A stretch of DNA of 64,000 nucleotides from an uncultured Verrucomicrobiae bacterium (GTDB lineage: Bacteria > Verrucomicrobiota > Verrucomicrobiia > Chthoniobacterales > UBA10450): contig CAVTMK010000002.1 in the NCBI GenBank assembly GCA_963735805.1, positions 1,653,875-1,717,874 on the forward strand. The letters are read 5' to 3'. Every line of letters starts with the position of its first letter. The stretch's first letter is position 1. Shown here piece by piece: positions 58,863-64,000 of this stretch. Both the position numbers and the translations under genes were made by a program. The notes under the pieces were generated by a model. It was not told where the DNA came from and searched no databases. It was given only the letters and a program-made list of their open reading frames with translations.

Positions 58863-59888
58863 TTAGCGCGCCGGCATTGCACCTCCCCACGCCGAGGGCG
58901 ACTGGTTGAGTGGAGTGAGCAGCGATGGAGAAGCGTTCGCCTTCATTTCCGTTCCCGCCGGAGTTGTCGGCGGTGTGCCTCTGACGCGAGCCAGGAATCC
59001 GTGGGCAATGCCGGAAGCATCGACGTAACGACCACAGATAACCCCCTGGTCATTGATACCGCCAAGTGATGTAAAGGTTGAGCCGGGAAAATCGAAAGTG
59101 AAAAAGTTATTTGGCGGGACAAAGAAGAGTCCATGAGTCGCGCCTGAGCTGTCCCCATATCTGCCTACCACCCAGTTCTTATCGTTAAGTCCAAACAGGA
59201 TTGTCCCAGTGGAGCCCGAAGGATCGATCGGGAAATGCAGCGCCCCATCGGCGTCCCGGAAGTAGCCGTGAGGGATTCCTGAGCTGTCTACGTAATATCC
59301 CACCACCAACTTTTTGTTATTATTGAGTTCGTAAGCAAAGGTCTGGGTAGCTCCCGGGACGCTAAACGACGTTATGGTTCCGCCAACGCTCACGAACCCC
59401 TGGTGGATCCCGTTGGGGCCCGTCAAAGAAAACGCGCCGGCAAAGTCGGCGGAATCGTTTATACTATGCACAAGGGTGCTGGTTGCGCCGGGAATATCGT
59501 ATTCTGTGAAGGTGTTACCCGACAGGAAAAAACCGTGAAAGTTGCCATCGGTGGCGGCGTAGTCACCGCAGATTGTGCGTGAGTTATTAATGCCTCGTCC
59601 TTCAGTAAGACCCACGGTATCGTTAGGATCGACGATCGGGTCGCTAAAGCTACCATCGCTGAACCGGACAAAACCGCGCGACACCAAGTTCGAATCGAGG
59701 AAAATGCCAACGATGTCGCCTCTTTCGTTAATCTTTTGCGGGAGGGTCGAATTTCCGGTGCCGGGATAATCAAAAGTGGTAATCACTTCGATAGAGCCCG
59801 AGTTCGCTGGTTGCTGAGCGAACGTTCCCATCAAAGGGAACAGGAATAGAACTGCCAGAATGCTGATAAATAATTGTTTTGGGTTCAT
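58863..59888 (-). CDS. Secreted repeat beta-propeller protein (HAF-like), paralog 2
   Basis: Highly similar to 34624-35646. Confidence 0.8.
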   Translation of the reverse strand: MNPKQLFISILAVLFLFPLMGTFAQQPANSGSIEVITTFDYPGTGNSTLPQKINERGDIVGIFLDSNLVSRGFVRFSDGSFSDPIVDPNDTVGLTEGRGINNSRTICGDYAATDGNFHGFFLSGNTFTEYDIPGATSTLVHSINDSADFAGAFSLTGPNGIHQGFVSVGGTITSFSVPGATQTFAYELNNNKKLVVGYYVDSSGIPHGYFRDADGALHFPIDPSGSTGTILFGLNDKNWVVGRYGDSSGATHGLFFVPPNNFFTFDFPGSTFTSLGGINDQGVICGRYVDASGIAHGFLARVRGTPPTTPAGTEMKANASPSLLTPLNQSPSAWGGAMPAR

Positions 59889-60033
59889 GATGCTTATTGC
59901 CTCCTTAATTAAGTTGCCTACTGCTAAAGGCCGATGTAGCGAGAACGCAAGATTCCAGGTAGTGAATCGCGACAGGGCCAGTTCGCGTGTTATCTGGTTT
60001 CGTTAGAAGCGCGCGAAACGTCGATATCAACGC

Positions 60034-60156
60034 TCTGAGCGATCGCGAGCGGAGATTTTCTCGTTTATTGGAAGAGGTGTCAGTGTTTCGGGGTTGGCGA
60101 CTGAGTTGAATGTAAGTGTCACAACGATTGAGACGCATCCGATGCGGATGAAGGAG
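60034..60156 (+). pseudogene. Third LuxR HTH remnant
   Basis: ctgagcgatcgcgagc...gactgagttgaatgtaagtgtcacaacgattgagacgcatccgatgcggatgaaggag. Confidence 0.7.
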
Positions 60157-60311
60157 CCGCGGCCGGCGGCGCGCGGTTACCGGTATAACTTTGGGAATTG
60201 GAAATGCCGACTCGTTTGACAAGTCTACGCACTTTCCAAAGACTAAGTCGGGATTAAATGGGTTTGTTTGTAGCTAAACCGGGGCACAGGTCTCCGAATC
60301 GCAACTGATTT

Positions 60312-61211
60312 ATGAAAATAATTGTTTTCCTCGTCCTAATTTCAACCGCGTTGGCCGCAGCGGCTCAAGCCGAAACTACCGCAGAAAATTCGCCTGAGAA
60401 AACGGCTGTAACGGCTGTCGATCGCGCTTTTGAAGCGGCCTACACAAAAGCTGACGCCAAGGCCGTTGCTGACTTCTTCACCGATGACGCGCATTATACT
60501 TCAGATGATGGCCGCACTTTCGATGGGCGGGCCGCGATCGAGCAAAATGTTCGCGCGGCTTTTGCGAGAAACAGCGGCACGAAGCTGGCCATCATGCTGG
60601 ATTCCGTTCGTCTCCTTGCGCCAGACGTTCTTCTGGAAAGAGGCGCAACCACAACGACAGCAAAAGATGGTGAAACCAACGGCGCACTTTATACCGCGGT
60701 TTACGTCAGGAAGGATGGCAAATGGAAGATCAGCCAGCTGGTTGAAACGCCGCAGCCCGATTTGACGGCGCATGACCAGTTGTCGCAGCTCGGGTGGCTC
60801 GTCGGTGATTGGGAAGATGCAGACAAGGGCGACAATCTGTCTGTACGGAGCCAATACAGCTGGGCGCGCGGCGGCAATTTTCTCACTCGCAATGTGACCG
60901 TGAAACGCGGCGCGGAAACAACGCTTGAAGGATGGCAGATCATTGGCTGGGATCCGATCGAGGGCTGCATTCGCTCCTGGACGTTTGATAATGAGGGCGG
61001 GTTCTCCGAGGGACGCTGGACACGCGAGGGCAATCGTTGGTTACAGCGCGAAGCGGGTGTCACCGTCGATGGCAGTCGCACCGCCGCGGACAACACTTTT
61101 TCCAAGCTCAATGACGACCGGTTCACATGGGAATCGAACAACCGTACCCTCGACGGCTTACCACAACCGGCTATCGGGCGAATTGAAATTAACCGGGTGA
61201 AAGGACATTGA
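60312..61211 (+). CDS. Secreted NTF2-like (DUF4440/SgcJ-type) two-domain protein
   Basis: Signal peptide; DAKAVA.FFT.DA..GR.AI; DGKWKI; second domain L.WLVG.W, IGWDP...IRSW.FD..GG. Confidence 0.8.
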   Translation: MKIIVFLVLISTALAAAAQAETTAENSPEKTAVTAVDRAFEAAYTKADAKAVADFFTDDAHYTSDDGRTFDGRAAIEQNVRAAFARNSGTKLAIMLDSVRLLAPDVLLERGATTTTAKDGETNGALYTAVYVRKDGKWKISQLVETPQPDLTAHDQLSQLGWLVGDWEDADKGDNLSVRSQYSWARGGNFLTRNVTVKRGAETTLEGWQIIGWDPIEGCIRSWTFDNEGGFSEGRWTREGNRWLQREAGVTVDGSRTAADNTFSKLNDDRFTWESNNRTLDGLPQPAIGRIEINRVKGH

Positions 61212-61215
61212 TGCC

Positions 61216-62946
61216 ATGCGTTCACGGCTTCTTCTCGTCCTGACTGCAGGGACTATTGCGCTGTTTATTTTCGATTGCGCGTTGCTCGCCCGCGGACACG
61301 GCGGCGGGGGACGCGGAGGTGGAGGAGTTTCGAGGGGTGGCGGAAGCTTTTCTCGCGGCGGAGGAAGCATTTCGCGAGGGAGTGGCAATTTCTCGGGAGG
61401 CGAGAGAAATTTTTCCCGGAGTAGCGGGAGCGTCTTTACCAGTGGCAGTCTCTCCGGGAGCGGGAGTTTTTCCCGAGGGGGCGGTGGCGCTAGTTTCTCC
61501 GGAGGCGGAAACAATTTCTCCAGCGGAGGCAGTGGAAGGTTTTCCGGAAGCAGCAGTAGTTCTTCCCGCGGTAACAATGGCAATTCCTCTCGATATTACA
61601 GTGTTGCGAACGATTCTCCGCTGTTCTCGGATCTTGGCAGCTCGCGACCGACTGGCGGAAGAGCGCCATCGAATCCATCGCGCGGTCAGTCCGGTGCCGG
61701 TGGTCTATCGACGGTAGGCGGCGGGGCTCAATTACCTTCTGGAAATCGACTCTCGCAAATTTCCGATCGCAATGAAGGCCGCACAGGAACACGTGGAGGC
61801 ACGGGACCATCTCAGCGTCCGGGCAGGAGCGATGCCGGCAATTTTCTCGGAGTCGCGACCGGGATCGGGGCCGGCGCTGCGCTTGGCGGCGCAATTGCAA
61901 ATCAACCCAGTCAACTTCCCGCGAATCGTTTTGGCGGCGGTCAAAAAGCCGCGCCTCCTCAGCAACGCCAAAACTGGAACGCGCGGTCGCTAAATCGCGA
62001 CTACAAATGGCGCGAGCGGGTTTATAAGCGGAACGATGCCTGGAACCAGCGAGCAGATCAGCGCCAGGCGCACCGCGAAGATTTCCAGAAGAATCGGGAT
62101 GAGCGCTGGGACAACCTCCAAAGCAGGCGCGAAAACCGTCAGAACTTCAGCGACCAAAGGCGGGAAGATTGGCAGCAATATCGCAAAGAACTTTGGGATT
62201 ACCGCGCTGGTCGGGCCGAGGAAATTTGGGACAACGCGCGGGACTTTTACGATGATCTTTTCGATGACGCATGGTGGGGTTATTCGGGCTGGGGAACGTG
62301 GTGGCCCGGCTATTATCCTTCCGACCCGTGGTGGTGGTGGAGTAGTCCGACTTGGGATTCACTGGAGAGCTTTGTCTCTGTGCCGTCAGACCCATACTAC
62401 GCCGACTACGGAGCGAACGTGGTTTACGACGGAGACAACGTGTACGTCGATAATCAACCGGTTCCTGCTGAGCAATACGAAAAACCGATTCTGGAAGCTG
62501 CCGCGAATGTTGAACAACCGCCTTCGCCGCTCCCACCAACCGATCCAAATCAATCTGCGGAATGGATGCCGCTGGGTGTCTTTGCACTGGCCCAGGAAGA
62601 TAAAGGCGACCCGGTCATGTTCTTTCAGCTCTCAATCAACCGCGCAGGCATTATTAGTGGCGCGTTTCAAAGCACCATAACAAACGATACACGACCCGTT
62701 GCCGGCCAGGTAGACAAAGCCAGCCAGCGTGCGGCCTGGCGTGTAGACGACAATACAGAAACGATTTTCGAGACGACGCTCGGCAACCTCACCCAGGACG
62801 TATCGCCAATCGCGGTTCACTTTGGGGACTCGCGAACTCAAACGTGGCTGCTGGTCCGCATGCCGGAGCCAGCGCCCGCTGGCCAGCCACAGAAACTTCC
62901 TGAAGCGCCAAAATCTCCTCCGCCGCTTAAATCGCCGAAGACCTGA
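61216..62946 (+). CDS. Gly-rich, low-complexity secreted surface protein
   Basis: RGGG repeats; Arg/Gln helical region; Trp/Tyr-rich segment; EWMPLGVFAL, QLSIN..G.I.G, G.VD...QRAAW, WLLVR. Confidence 0.78.
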   Translation: MRSRLLLVLTAGTIALFIFDCALLARGHGGGGRGGGGVSRGGGSFSRGGGSISRGSGNFSGGERNFSRSSGSVFTSGSLSGSGSFSRGGGGASFSGGGNNFSSGGSGRFSGSSSSSSRGNNGNSSRYYSVANDSPLFSDLGSSRPTGGRAPSNPSRGQSGAGGLSTVGGGAQLPSGNRLSQISDRNEGRTGTRGGTGPSQRPGRSDAGNFLGVATGIGAGAALGGAIANQPSQLPANRFGGGQKAAPPQQRQNWNARSLNRDYKWRERVYKRNDAWNQRADQRQAHREDFQKNRDERWDNLQSRRENRQNFSDQRREDWQQYRKELWDYRAGRAEEIWDNARDFYDDLFDDAWWGYSGWGTWWPGYYPSDPWWWWSSPTWDSLESFVSVPSDPYYADYGANVVYDGDNVYVDNQPVPAEQYEKPILEAAANVEQPPSPLPPTDPNQSAEWMPLGVFALAQEDKGDPVMFFQLSINRAGIISGAFQSTITNDTRPVAGQVDKASQRAAWRVDDNTETIFETTLGNLTQDVSPIAVHFGDSRTQTWLLVRMPEPAPAGQPQKLPEAPKSPPPLKSPKT

Positions 62947-62970
62947 TCATCGATCGAACCGCAAATTCTA

Positions 62971-63225
62971 GTTTTGACGGCCGCGTTCGGCGCCCGCGAC
63001 TACAGCAAAGCGTAACCTGGATTGCTGATGCACATCGCGATAACGGAAAGCGTTTCATTGTGCACGCCGACGAAAAGCTGATTGCATTTCTGGAACTTGA
63101 ACTAGCGACCCGCGAATCATCACGCCTCTCCAATGCGGGATAACTCGGCGGCATTCTTTCGTGACTCTCCTGCTCATGAATGGGCTTTTAGAGAAAAACG
63201 GCGGATAGCCAAAGGTACAGCATCT
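62971..63225 (+). repeat. Direct repeat block a, copy 2
   Basis: Similar to 56745-57002. Confidence 0.85.
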
Positions 63226-63318
63226 AGTATAGATGCCCAGTTCAATTTCCCAAATTATCTCAACCGCTCTGACATGCCCGACGTTAGGCAAATCACCGAA
63301 TCGGCGTTGTTTCTGGTC

Positions 63319-63748
63319 GGTAAAAACTATTGCCCATTCCCTTCGGGACCGACCGATCCTCCTCCATAAAGTCCAGTCCCCACCGGGGCGTTGCCTGATG
63401 TTGTCCCGCAGCCCGTCATGACGAAAGCCAAGATGAACAGCAAATAAATGCGCAGGTTTGGTTTCTTGCTCAGTTGTTTTCCTTTTAGGTGATCATCCCC
63501 AATCAGGCTACGTCTGGAATTCCTAATGCTTTTCGAATAACGCTCGCACCGGCGCCTATCAATTCCTGATTACTTACAATCCGCGCTTTTCCTTTTTCGA
63601 TCAAGCTTGGCTTTTTGAGCGATCGCGAGCTGGAAATCTTCTCTTTCATTGGCAGGGCATCACCGTTTCGGAATTGGCGACTGAATTGAATGTAAGTGTC
63701 AAACGATTGAGACGCATCAGATGCGGATGAAGGAGAAACTCGGGGTGC
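63319..63748 (+). repeat. Direct repeat block b, copy 2 (with LuxR HTH remnant)
   Basis: Similar to 57879-58308. Confidence 0.9.
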
Positions 63749-63774
63749 GTTGGATCGCTTTCTGCACAAGCTTG

Positions 63775-63850
63775 AATCGAGAACGCGGATCTCGCCGGCA
63801 TGAAAGCATGCACGGGTGAGAGCGTCGTCAATCGCTTGGTTCTTGACCCA
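63775..63850 (-). pseudogene. Fragment of a DUF2188-like small protein
   Basis: WVKNQAIDDALTRACFHAGEIRVLDS resembles AIDYAK....DAVI.VYDS of 51093-51347. Confidence 0.45.
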
Positions 63851-64000
63851 AGACGGGGCGATGAGTTGAGGCGCCCATCTCGAGTCGTAGAGTAAGCGCA
63901 GATACAACGCTGGAGAGGAGTGAGCAAATGCCAAATACCTCGACCGGTAACCGGGCAGGCAGCAAATGATCAGGTGTGGTGGATTTCCAGGGACTAAAGG

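Noticed and set aside
34624..59888. Diversity-generating retroelement suggested by near-identical paralog segments
   Set aside because: No reverse transcriptase in the window, and the differences between paralogs do not appear adenine-specific.
63988..64000. Possible tenth regulator box (CAGGGACTAAAGG)
   Set aside because: Truncated by the window end and lacks the N17/-10 geometry.

Overview
A 64-kb accessory region of a moderately GC-rich bacterium. The gene families, the Pro/Thr linkers and the many paralog remnants suggest a soil Verrucomicrobiota (Chthoniobacterales / 'Ca. Udaeobacter'-like) genome; this is inference. I found no rRNA, tRNA, CRISPR, transposase or integrase. There are four zones. 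(1) 1-27 kb: a minus-strand cluster of exported proteins. It holds four arylsulfatases (three CTAGR-type), a HAD phosphatase, an Ntn acylase, DUF1254/1214, a beta-barrel, cardiolipin synthase and five paralogous small lipoproteins. Nine promoters here carry an 18-bp DosR/NarL-like box (ATAGGACTTTAGGGCAAT), most with a fixed -35/17 bp/-10 geometry, which points to an undescribed regulon. (2) 27.5-31.8 kb: an integrase-less integron cassette array (CALIN) with four attC sites, an attI-like site and a probable fifth cassette; it ends inside an S8 peptidase remnant. (3) 32-55.6 kb: surface, secreted and signalling genes punctuated by seven co-oriented copies of the promoter and 5' end of one endonuclease/exonuclease/phosphatase (EEP) gene, only the last of which is complete. 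This may be an integrase-independent gene-capture array. (4) 55.6-64 kb: a degenerate direct duplication with LuxR-HTH pseudogenes, an orphan DoxX cassette with an attC, and an NTF2 / Gly-rich surface protein pair. Several genes carry single-base frameshifts that may be sequencing errors.
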